Source: Callorhinchus milii (Eukaryota). From it: DNA of 64,000 bases. The DNA lies in assembly GCF_018977255.1 (NCBI RefSeq), contig NW_024704742.1, positions 130,450,001 to 130,514,000 of the forward strand. Reading direction: 5' to 3'. Position numbers and translations under genes: made by a program. Each line of letters begins with the position of its first letter. The first letter of the stretch is position 1. The notes under the pieces were generated by a model that searched no databases, was not told the origin of the DNA, and saw nothing but the letters and a program-made list of their open reading frames with translations. Shown piece after piece: positions 1-11,303 of the stretch.

Positions 1-150
1 CCTGACGAGTCCTCCCAGCTGCTCCTCCAAGCCAACCAGATGCACAAGATGGTCCGGGGCGAGCGCCGCCACCGCCGATTGTGACGTAACCGCTCCTTGG
101 GGGCGTGGGAAGATTCCGAGAAACCAACACTGAGCATGCGCAGCGCCCAG
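1..150. promoter_or_regulatory. CpG-rich promoter-like segment, probably of a gene lying left of the window
   Basis: CpG-dense; CRE-like TGACGTAA 82-89, NRF1-like CTGAGCATGCGCAG 130-143, YY1-like CAAGATGG near 45-52. The gene itself is not identifiable. Confidence 0.4.
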
Positions 151-2774
151 TGTGGGGTGGGGGGAGGGGGAGGGGGGGGGGAGTGTGTGAGTGTCACGTG
201 GGGCTGCTTTCTCTGCTCAGTCTGGTGTCTTGGTCCCCTCCTTCCTCTGGGAAGGACTGAAGCGTTACCAACCCGCTTGCCCCACGCCCCCCCCCCCCCC
301 CGCCCCCGGGACCCCCCCCGCCCTGCTCGCTCGCTCCACCATCAGCGTTCAGCCGGTCCGAAACGCCACCCTCGCCCTCTCCTTTCTTTCCATCAAGACC
401 TTCCTCTTCGATCGTGCCTTCGGTCATCTTCTCGCCCACCCCCCCCCCACCCCCCCACTTTGCTCTCCATCCTTCTTGACTCCAACCCCTCGTTCGGCGA
501 CGGACACGAGAACGTAAAAATTTGCTGGACGAAAGAAGAAGACCCGAGGTCCATCTCGTTCACGTTCCACCGTCCTGGCGTTCACTTGGCATGCCATATC
601 CCAAACTATATGCCGTATCTCTTCACTGTCTAGCGCCTTGGGCCGTCCTCGTGACATGAAAGGCACTAAATAAATGCAATTTGTTGTCTGATGTATGCTG
701 AAGTCGATCATTGTGCTTAAGAGTGATCAAACCAGACGAAGAGTTGCACATGTGAGCTGTCACCTTCATTCCCGCCACTCCCACTGTCGCAAATTATTAG
801 GTTGTCAGCCCGGCTCAGTTGTTAGCACTCAAACCTTTCAGTCAGGTTGTGGGTTCAAGCCCCATGTCCTGCGCCTGAATCTTATATTGTCTAATCTGAT
901 GCTCTGGCGCATTGCTTGGGTTATGCAGAATTGTCGGTGGTGCCATCCTTTAGAAACTAGAGATGTTAAAGCGAGATCTCGTCTGCCTGTTCAAATGGCG
1001 TTAAAGATCCCATGACACTATTCGAAATTGGTTGGGAGTTTCTCCCAGTGTGAGGTACTTCATGGCGAGGCACACAGCACACAGAGTTTTTTTCACTAAC
1101 GAATAATCCACCAAATAAAATTGGTTGTTCACGTTGTAATGATCCTCAATCCTCAACAACTGGTGTATTCAGTAACTACTTCAAGACCCATCTCAAGACC
1201 CTCCTCTTCGACTGTGCTTTTGATCACCTTCCCTCCCGCCCTCCACCCTCCCCAATCTCAACCCTCAGCTCGGGTCTGAAACACTGATTGTCCAGCGCTT
1301 TGGGACGTCCTCTCGATGTGAAAGGCACTATACAAATGTAATTTTGTTGTTGTTATTGTACTTTTTATCAGTTTGCAACACTCGAATACTCCAACCATAG
1401 CCCACAACGACAGGGCCTTCCCAGGATCCCTTTTATACTTCTAGCTTCAATTTCATTGCTTCTTCTCAAATTATCCATTACTCATAAAGGATACCTAACA
1501 CACTTCAAGACTGATTGTGAGATATTGCTGTGCACAAATTGGCTGCCCTGTTCGTTCATAAAACACACAATCACTCTATTATGCAGTATATTCTGGCTAA
1601 TGTTCAGGTTGACACACCTCCAAAGGTAGCACAACATACAATACAGCTATCAATCCCTCAGTAATGGACTACAGTCAACCTGGATTATGAATACATGTTT
1701 TGGTACCACATCAGCTTGACACACATTTGATGTATGGCAAAGTAAAAAAATACTCTACTGTATGTCTAGCCATGCACTACCTCAAATGAGGGCAGTTGAT
1801 GCTGATGCTAGGTGCCAAAAGTGGAAACATGTTTCATTTATCAGGGTGGAAAAATCTTGCCTGATCAATGTAGATAAAAATTCTTGGTTGTATTTAACTT
1901 AATGATTTACTGCAGCAATACATCATCTTGAGACTGCTTGGAGTATTGCTGTAATGAGAATGAAGGTCAACTGCATTGTTACTGCTCTGAGTTCCTCTCC
2001 GCCTGCTTCATCTCCGCCTGCTACAAAAATATTTTTTGTATTGTATCTCCTTGAAATATTTACATTGAAAGAGTTGTTCTTGTCTTCAACAACAACAAAT
2101 AACATTTGTACAGTGCCTTTCACGTAGGGAAGAGGTTCTAAGGCCCTGGACAGTCAAGGATTAGGACCCGAGCTGGTGGTTGGGATTGGGAGAGTTGGAG
2201 GCCAGGGACGGTAGGGTTAGGAGGGTGACCGAAAGTGCAGTCAAAGAGGAGGGCCTTGAGACATGCCTTGTGGGAGGCAAAGGAGGGGGTGAGGTGAAGG
2301 CACTGTGGAATGGAGTTCCAAAGGGTGGGGGCAGAAAAGCTGAAGGCCCGACCTCTGACGGTGTGGCAGGCCGTGCAGGGAAAGGAGACAAAACAGAGGA
2401 AAAGGAACTCAGAACAGTAACAATACAATTGATCTTCATTCTCATCACATCACAACACAGATTTCCTGAAAGTGATTCACTTTGGAATCTGGTCATCTTT
2501 TGATTACAAGCACAATCTAATATAAGTTGATGACAAAATTGCTGAGCACCATCAACACATCTGTGTTTGTGCTTTTTTACAGTGCCACATAGTGCCACAA
2601 GATGATGTCATTTTCAATCTGTTTATGCTATTTTACTGTTCTCACTCCGTCTCATAAATCAAATAACACCTGCGACCTACTCCTTTGTTCACACCAGAAT
2701 AAAAAACAGCACAACCTCTGACGTTTATGCATCTATTGATTAATTAATCCTTGGATTCGATATAGCACCTTATC

Positions 2775-3220
2775 AACAACAACATTACATTAGTATAGTG
2801 CTTTCACGTCTGGAGGATGTCTCAAGGCGCTGTTTTGGACCCGAATTGAAGGTCGGGATTGGGGAGGGTGAAGGGAGGAGGTGGAAGGAATGGGACCGAA
2901 GACACGGTCGAAGAGTAGGGTCTAGATATGGGTCTTGAAGGAGGCAAGGGTGAGGCGGTGGGACTGCGGGATGGAGTTCCAGAGGATGGGAGCAGAGTGG
3001 CTGAAGGTCTGCCTGACAATAGTGGGACGGGGGACGTGAAGCAGGCTGAAGCCCGCTGAGCGGAGGGAGCAGGCAGTTAGGGGGTTAGGAGATCGCAGAG
3101 GTAGGGGGAGAGCAAGGCCATGGAGGGCTTTGAAAGTGAGGACCAGGATCTTGAACTGTATCCTCTGTATGATGGGAAGCCAATGGAGTCGGGCGAGGAT
3201 GGGGGTGATAGGGCCACGAG
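2775..3220 (-). mobile_element. L2-clade LINE 3' fragment
   Basis: Translates as PITPILARLHWLPIIQRIQFKILVLTFKALHGLA (L2 ORF2 C-terminus), followed by the shared 3' tail ending in (TGT)n. Confidence 0.8.
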
Positions 3221-3378
3221 AAGTCTCAAACCACACTGTTTTGACACGTCTCAAAGCGCTTCACAGATTACATTGCGAAGTGGATTTTGTAAAGTATTTT
3301 GCGAACCAAACCTATGCAAAGTTAAGTGTCCACGCGTTAAGAGTATCATTGTACGTCTTGTAGCTGCTCTTGTCAGTA

Positions 3379-3395
3379 TGGCGCCCCCTGTTGGC
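3379..3395 (-). promoter_or_regulatory. CTCF binding motif
   Basis: Minus strand reads GCCAACAGGGGGCGCCA, close to the CTCF core consensus. Confidence 0.55.
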
Positions 3396-3487
3396 TCTCC
3401 CCAGTGCCCGTTATTTGCGTGACTGAGCCGTCAACGTGCCCACAATACCTTGCAGGTCAGAATAATGAAACATAAACAATTAAACGG

Positions 3488-3798
3488 TCACCAAAAGTTG
3501 GCCAATATGTCTTCAAAAGTGCTCAAGTGCAGAATGGCCGTGTTGTGCATCGGGAAACCCAGGAGCTCAGCCGCACGGCGTTCAACCTGGTGGCAAACGG
3601 CGAGGGCTTGAAATCTGCTGTACCGCAACAAAGAGGAGAGTTGGGCGGCGTTGGTGTGCGGCTGGACCTCTCCCGGGCTATGCTCTGGTTTCTCTTCAGA
3701 TCGTATAAATCTTTCGCCTTTTACTAAAGATTTCCGTGGAGAGGAGCATTTACGAGTTTTTAACCCAATTTTTTTAGGCTCTGCACCAGCAGAGCTCC
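3488..3798 (-). CDS. Candidate last coding exon of an unrecognised small gene
   Basis: 103 open codons in unique CpG-rich sequence; acceptor ttttactctgttgttcattgggaag|GG; phase 1 joins the 5683-5740 exon (GCA G|GG AGC). Encodes ...SSLLRYSRFQALAVCHQVERRAAELLGFPMHNTAILHLSTFEDILANFW*. Confidence 0.4.
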
Positions 3799-3827
3799 CT
3801 TCCCAATGAACAACAGAGTAAAACACA

Positions 3828-4037
3828 CTCCCACTCCCTTCCTTTGGTCACCCTCCCACTCCCTTCCTTTGGTCACCCTCCCACTCCCTTCCTTTGGTCA
3901 CCCTCCCACTCCCTTCCTTTGGTCACCCTCCCACTCCCTTCCTTTGGTCACCCTCCCACTCCCTTCCTTTGGTCACCCTCCCACTCCCTTCCTTTGGTCA
4001 CCCTCCCACTCCCTTCCTTTGGTCACCCTCCCACTCC
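3828..4037. repeat. 25-bp minisatellite (CTCCCACTCCCTTCCTTTGGTCACC) x ~8
   Basis: Perfect tandem copies; the unit resembles the L2 3' UTR segment (..ttggtcaccctccc..) seen elsewhere in the window. Confidence 0.95.
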
Positions 4038-4204
4038 ACTCCCACCCTTGTTCTTCTCCTCCACCCCTCCCGATCCTGACCTCCCGCCGCCACCCCCCCC
4101 CCCCCCAAGCAGTGGCACCGGTCTGTGTGCCGCCACGTGAAATGGGCAGAGGGTACATTTGATGCTTGAGATGTAACCCAAGAGTCCTGAGAACGTATGT
4201 CAGA

Positions 4205-4300
4205 CAACGCTCAGCAGGTCAGGTCAGGCAGCGTCTGACGGGAGAAAGGAAAAGTCAGTCAACGTTTCGGGTCCACGACCCTTCCTTCCTCGGCACTGGG
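4205..4300 (-). mobile_element. Penelope-like terminal-repeat remnant with degenerate hammerhead ribozyme
   Basis: Minus strand: cagtg CCGAGGA aggaa gggtc-gtg-gaccc GAAA cgttg actg ... gctgcctgacctgacctgctgag. Hammerhead layout with a mutated core. Confidence 0.5.
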
Positions 4301-5682
4301 GCGTGTTGGGAGGGAGAGGCTTTTAAGGCCTGACGGTGAGGGGCGGGGGAGGCGAGGCAGGGCAAGGGAGGCAAAGAAGAAAACGGGGTAGAAGACATGG
4401 CATGACGGGTTAAAGAGATGCTAATGATTTTGCGCCCCGAAGATGTATGTCCGCCTGCCTGCCTGCCCCCGCAAAATGGGGAGCGGCCAGGAGTGAGGTA
4501 ATTGGGTGTAAATGCTCCCTGTAGATAAAGGGAACAGAACTCCAGCAGGGACCCCGAGGTTGACAGGGATGGGACTGTTTCGGGTTGTTTAGTGTGTCTG
4601 TATGGGTTTGTATTTGCGAGGGGTTTCCGGGTGTGCGTTTGGGTAAACATGTGCACATCGGGGTGCTCTCTGAAATAGTCAAGTGTGCCTCATCAGGATG
4701 TGTGTGGGTGTGCACTTGTGTGTGTAGTGCAAATGGGTGTTTCCAAACGAAGCATCCCGAAAACGGAAAAATAACGTGTTTGCATCTCTTTTTTTCTGTA
4801 AAGGGTTTGATACTGTCTCAGATAAGCATAAATACTTATCTATAAATATATATTTTGTTAAAAAATAAAAGAAATCCTAGGTTCACACTCTTCAGCTGTT
4901 TTTTTTTGTCTCTATTGCATTGCTTGTTAAATTATTCCTAACATTCATGCAAAGATGTTTTTGTCAATTTCTTTTGTAAAGTTACTTTTCATCGACTTTC
5001 ATTCACTTTCTCTGGCCTTATTGTCTGGATTGGCTTTATATTGTCTGAGGGTGTTGACTAAAGTATCCAATTTATTTTGTTACAATAAAGAATTTATATG
5101 ATCCAGTGAGGGCTCTCCCCTCCCACCCGCCACCACTTTGAATGTTGATTGTAAATCTTATGTTTTTCTATTCTTCCTTCAAACAATGCAATGCAGTGAT
5201 GGGGTATGTGTTGCCTTGTCGGAAATGCTGTCCTTCGGATGAGCCAATAAACGAACTGCCGGTTCAAGTGAACTTTAAAGATCCCATGGCACTCTGGCCA
5301 ACAATCTGCCAAACAAAAAATTGACTAGTCACTCCATGGCTGTTTGTTGTTATGAATAATTGACTGCCATGTTTTGTCCCAAAATACACAATCAAACCAC
5401 TTTACAGTATACAAAACCCCAAATACTGCAGATGCTGAAAATCTGAAACTATACAGTATATCCTGTGAAGCACTTTGAGACGTAAGGCAATGCAAGGATT
5501 ATTATTATTATATTACAATTAAGCAGTTACTACACTTTACAGTATATCCTGTGAAGTGCTTTGAGACATCCTCGTGATGTGAAAGCCACTATACCAAATG
5601 CAAAGATGACTGTATTTGGGATTGGTCTTGTTGCTCTTAACTAACTCGCTTGATGTCTTTTTTCTTGTTCCCTCCCTCTTAC

Positions 5683-5740
5683 CTGCATCAATGGAAGACT
5701 TTTCTGAAGTGCATGGCTTTCCACTAAGTACCTCGGCCAT
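5683..5740 (-). CDS. Candidate first coding segment (MAEVLSGKPCTSEKSSIDA-G) of the unrecognised small gene
   Basis: ATG with G at +4 (tcaATGG), strong donor GCAG|gtaag, phase matches the 3488-3798 exon; possible acceptor ctatag puts the exon start at 5808. Confidence 0.35.
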
Positions 5741-6478
5741 TGAAACAGCTGGGATCAGGAACTCACCAAATGGAGAACTGGTACAAATCCACAATGTACA
5801 GTAACACTCTATAGGTCATTTTGAGAAAGCAACCCTCAGTTAAATTTCCACTGCTCCAATTATTATACCAATCATTGCATTTAATTTTGCGCCTATAATG
5901 TCAACACACTTCACAAGTAATTTCTATCTAGTGTGGTGATAGTGGTGATAGTATATTTGTGAACAGTTAAGTTCCCATAATTATGAAGTGAATGACCAAT
6001 GATTTTGAGGATTGTTAGCCAGGACATCAGGAGCAACTCCTTTCTTTGTTCAAATAGTGTTTTAACATCCACCTGAACAGGCGGTACCTTGGTTTAATTA
6101 AAGAGGCTTAAAAGACAATCTTTACAGTATATTCTGTGAAGCGCTTTGAGATGTCTCAATGATTTGATAAGGCGCTATATCAAATGCAAGGATGATTATT
6201 ATTATTATTATCTCTCCTTGTACAAGACCTTCACAAGACTTTTCCAGCAATGTGGGAACAGAGACCAAGGAGCCAAGCATCTGGCATCAAAGGCACTGAA
6301 ATCACATGTACTGTGTCACATCACGTGAGGGGTCGAGAATCACTGTGGCCAATTACTGATTCAGCACTGAAAGGGTTATGCGGCCTACTTTCCTAATTAG
6401 CTTCATTCTGCACTAGCTGATGCCTTACTCACTTGGCCATTGGGAGAAATGATTCATAAACTATGTTGCATTATTTAA

Positions 6479-6789
6479 TTAATAATAATATAATAATCCT
6501 TGCATTTGATATTGCGCTTTTCACGTCTTCTAGACGTCCCAAAGAGCTTCATAGAATATACTGTAAAGTGACTGTATATTTATGGGCAGAGTGGGGCAGC
6601 CAATTGCACACAGCAGTGTTCCACAAACAGTTGCGGATTGAATTAACCAATTTATTATTTTTTTTCTTGAGGGATTATTATCAGATGTGTGGAGTAAGGA
6701 AACTTGCCCAAGGTTTCGCCCTGTTGGGAATTGAACCCAGGTCTCTCGCTTGTGAGGCAAATGCTCTAACCACTGAGCTACAGGACTCC
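6479..6789 (-). mobile_element. tRNA-headed SINE, full-length copy
   Basis: Head GGAGTCCTGTAGCTCAGTGGTTAGAGC..GGGTTCAATTCC (A/B boxes), internal oligo-A, L2-like tail ending AAATGCAAGG(ATT)n. Related copies near 17036, 41150, 43312, 47130, 48476, 58240, 59152, 59571. Confidence 0.85.
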
Positions 6790-9188
6790 CTCAACAAAGG
6801 ACAGACCTGTCAATTAAGACATGTTACGAGAGGCTCTTTGGCCCATTGGATCTCTGCTCTGCATAAGTGACTGCTGCATTTCAGCCACAAAATCTGCAAT
6901 CAATTCACTTTATAGTATATTCTGTAAAACACTTTGAGATGTCTCAATGGTGTGATAAGGCGTCCTGGCCTCAACCATCCTTTCTGTTAACCTGTTTAAT
7001 CATAGAATCGTACAGCACAAAAAGAGGCCATTCGGCCCATCGAGTTTGTGCCGGCTCTTTGAAAAGATTAATTAAGTCATTAATTAAGTTCAATATTTTG
7101 GAGCACCAGTGTCAGGACAGTGAGGGAACATTGGCTTGAGCACTCACAACGTAGATTTGCCAATCTCACTACTTTGGCAACCACAATAGCAAATTGTATT
7201 TATATTGTGCCTTTCACGTTTGAAGGGCAAACCAAGGCGCTGGGCAATCATGGGTGAGAACCAAGGGGGTGTGGGAAGATGACCAAACGTACGGTCAAAG
7301 AGGAAGGTCTTGAGATGGACCTTGAATGAGGCTAGAGAAGGAACAAGAAGGCAAAAGAATTCAAGCATAGAGTTCCAGAGAGTGGGGGCAAAAAAGACAG
7401 TGGGAAGGACAAGGTAGGAGAAGTGAAGTAGGCCAGTGCCTGCACAGCAGAGGGAAAGTCAGTAAGGTATGTTGGAGGAGGTAGAGTTTTCCTGGAGCTT
7501 TAGCAAATCTTTCAGCAATCAGCTCAATAGTCATATGGTTTGGAGAGCTGGGAGCGGTTCAGTGATTTGTCCTTATTACATGACCCTGGGAGACTAGAGA
7601 GGGAACAAACTGTAAAGAAATTAAGAGGGATTCAGGCCCTCATTATAAAGGAGCAAGGCATCTTTTTTGCAAAGTTGTGCATTTTCTGTTAAAAAGAAAC
7701 CTTGAGGTAATCTATTTATTTTTAAAGTATTGCAATGATTCCAACAAAAAGAATAATTAGACAGACGGTGTGGTAAAGATTTGACAGACTGAGAAATCAC
7801 AATGAATTTGATCTCATTCCAATGAGCACAGCACTGCCAATTTAGAAATGACAGAGATTCCAGTGAATTCCTTAGTTACAACAGGAACATCTCTTGACAA
7901 AATCAAGAACAAATCAATGGATGATAAGGCACTTGGAGATATATCTGACCAATTTGAGAATTTGAGCAAAGAGGTTTGCTAATCTTTACACATGTGCAAA
8001 AAATATTTTTACAATATTCTAGTGCTGAATACTCTATTGTTAATAGCTCCTTGTAATTTACTGGCATTTCATGGGGACTGTTTTTCTTTTTCTAGCAGAT
8101 CTTTTGTTCCATTCACCCTCTGAGACATGCTAAAAAAAAATCTGCATTGAGATTCAGGAATAGCATAGCAGTAAAAACTGCATCACATTCAGCTTTGCTT
8201 CTTAATCAGGAAGAACTAAAATAATGTGTTGAATATCAGTTTACAAATCATAGTTCTAAGATATTTCTTAGCTTTTGGTTGAGTAGCAAGATGTATGTAA
8301 TAATATTTAATAATTTTGCATTTCATACAGTGTTTTATCACGTCACCGAGCAGTCTCAAAGTGCTTTAAAAATTGTAAAAAACTAGGATGAATTGAAAGA
8401 TGTTGGAGAGGAAAGCAAGTAAGACAGAAACACAGACATTCTCAGCATAATTTTTTTTGGATCAATGTGAAAACCTATCACTATGCTTCAGAATCTGCAA
8501 CCTGGACATATATATGCCACCTCCCCCCCGGAAGAATGCACCTTACTTGTTGAATGCCTTGGGGGCACTGCTAGCATAATACAATTTAAACTTATACTGC
8601 GCCTTTCAGGTCAGGAGGATGTCCCAAAGCACTTGACAATTCTGGCTGGGCACCAAAGCTGAGGGGGGGTGAGATGGGGAAAGATGACTAAAAGCTGCTA
8701 GGGAATTAATTGATTTATAAGTATGAGGATCTTGAAATTGATCCACTCTGCAATAGGGAAATACAGTTGGAAATATAAATCTTCAACTGCTTAGCTCTGC
8801 AAATCAATCAAGGCAGATTCCAAGCCCTGGATATATGAACGTGTGTTCACAAACCCAGACTCCAAGTAACAACGTCCAGCAGCTTCTAACTTCTGCTCTA
8901 ATTTATTTTGTAACAGTTCTGAGATTGCACTCCCTTTTCACTGATTTCTCCAACTAATAGCCTGCAGAGCTATGAGGAAAAGACAACTAAGCGGCACAGT
9001 ATAGATTGCTCATTCAAAAGTCAGACATGATGGGCTGAGTGGCCATTTTCTGTCCTGTAAATTTCTATGGTTCTAAAAGGACAGGAGCAAATAAACGTTA
9101 AAGAAAACCTGAATGAACAATAAGCTTTTACACCAAATTGTAGTAACTTCAGTCATCCACAATAACACAAAGGAATACACAGACTTAC

Positions 9189-9278
9189 CTTGGACAGATT
9201 TACATACCCGAAGCAAATAAAAAATATTTCAAAGTAACAGCATGTCCAAGGTCAGTTTATTTATTCATTTGTGGCCTC
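9189..9278 (-). other. Candidate 90-nt non-coding (5' UTR) exon
   Basis: Strong acceptor tctccttgatttctgcag| and donor CAAG|gtaagt; stops in all three frames. Confidence 0.4.
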
Positions 9279-11303
9279 CTGCAGAAATCAAGGAGAGAAG
9301 CAACCAATGCAAATCAATCAGAGAGGAATTCAGTGAATGTAGAAATAAATATTTGTTGCTGCTTGATTTATTCTATATATTTGAATTTGTATTCCTGAAT
9401 TACCTTTAACCCTTTGTTTTTCTTTAACCATATCCAGTAATGATCAATAATTGATCATTATTGGATATGATTAGAGAAAGATTGACCAATAATTTGGTCA
9501 CTCATTTTACGACTATTTGCGGGACACTGCTGTGCGCAATTGGCTGCTACATTTCACCCATAAAATATACAGTCAATTCACTTCACAGTTATATTCTGTG
9601 AAGTGCTTTGACTCAACTTGAAGACGTGATAAGGTGCTATATCAAATGCAAGGATTATTATTATTATCCTTTTGTTTCTTCTGTTTCTTGCGTGCTTAAC
9701 CCCTTTATTTCCACAAGAATTAATTTATCTTGTGATCTGCGGCCAGTCAGAGCTGTTGAGAAAACGTACTAAATATTGACTTTGAAGACAACAATTGGAT
9801 TTTTCTGGTCATCGGAAACCCTAGCTCTTCCCTACACAAGCTGCAGACTATTCAAAGCTCTGCAGCCCTTGTCTCTAACCTCAAACAGGCTCCAAAAGCC
9901 TACAACCCAAGCTCGCTCAGCCTCACAGGCTCCCCATCCCCAGCAGATCATGATCAAGATCCTCATTCTCTTATTCAAATCCCTCCCTGGACTCACCCCA
10001 CCCATCCTACCTCTGCAACCTACTTCAGCCGCAAACCTGGCCGCTTCCTTTGCTCAGTGAATATCAAAAAGGAAAGGTCTCAACAAGTTGTTGTTGTTAG
10101 TGTTCATGTCCTCCACTCTACCATCAACAGGTGGCGTTTTAGCCATCCTGTCCCTGCTCTCTGGAACTTCATCGCAGAATCCCACTAACTTGCTTGCTCC
10201 TTCTTGTTTAAGGCACATCTTAAAACATATCTCATTGACTTTTGATCATCTTTTCTCTCCTCATTGGCTCCCACCCAGTATCATTAAGCACTTTGACATG
10301 AATGGTATATAAATGTAAATTGAATTGCACCTATGTGGGCAGCCTGGTAATATATCATAATCACAACATGAAAAACTTGAGAGCTTCTACTGGGCATAAT
10401 CACACTAAGCCACCTGCCACCATAACTAGACTTTTCTAGGAAAAGAAAGTTTTGTTTTTCCTCCACAGTGCAAAATAGCCCAAGAGTGGATCATAGACGG
10501 TGATATACTGTGTATATGTGTGTGTGGAGATGGGAGGGGGGGATAGAAAGAGAACTGGCACTATATGGGGAGATCTAAGAGAGAGAAAAAGACGTGAATG
10601 TTGTTCTATAGCAACAGTATAGATTCCTGATATACTTCCTGTATACTTGCTGATAGAAGTACTTTTGGGTTAGTGCCATACATTGTACTTCATGAGATGA
10701 CTTGATATCCTCACTGTTTTCAAATACACAATGGCAGTGGTCCATTTTAATGGGGGATATTGAGGTCTCGAATGCAGAACATACAACAACTTGCACTTAT
10801 ATAGCGCCCACCGTGCTATATGGCATCTCAGAGCGCTTAACAGTAGCAGAGCCTGACTCCGAGCTTGGATTCCTCATTCGCAAATGTGCAACTGTACAAA
10901 TGTGCAAATGTACAATTGAAATGCTATCAATTTTATTTAGTTTCACATTTGCGAACGAGGTATCCAAGATTTAAACGGTGTGGAACTGTGAACCGGCAGC
11001 ATGAAGTGGAGTGGTCCAAACCAGGTTTCAATTACAGATTAGAAAGAGTCACAACAGTGAGGCAGAGACGCATACGAACACTAAAGAGACGCTTAAGATA
11101 GGCAGAGACCCATTATCCACACAGTTTTTTAAATTTTTATATATATATATATCTGCAATGGGATCCAGTCCCGATTAGTGCAGAAATCTGCCCATCTTGT
11201 GCAACAACAAATTAAATTTGTATAGCGCCTTTCACGTCGCGAGGACGACCCGAGGCGAAGCACGTTCAAGTTGTGTAAGTTCCTGAATTGAGGCAGTCAG
11301 GTC

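Noticed and set aside
1..84. Plus-strand open frame PDESSQLLLQANQMHKMVRGERRHRRL*
   Set aside because: Too short and unrecognised; better explained as CpG-island/5' UTR sequence.
3828..4037. Regular repeat arrays (also 27923-28101) as CRISPR
   Set aside because: No unique spacers; vertebrate minisatellites.
6715..6789. tRNA-like sequence
   Set aside because: SINE head repeated with the same body and tail; not a standalone tRNA gene.
7848..7973. Plus-strand exon-like ORF MTEIPVNSLVTTGTSLDKIKNKSMDDKALGDISDQFENLSKE
   Set aside because: Weak splice sites, no partner exons, no recognisable homology.
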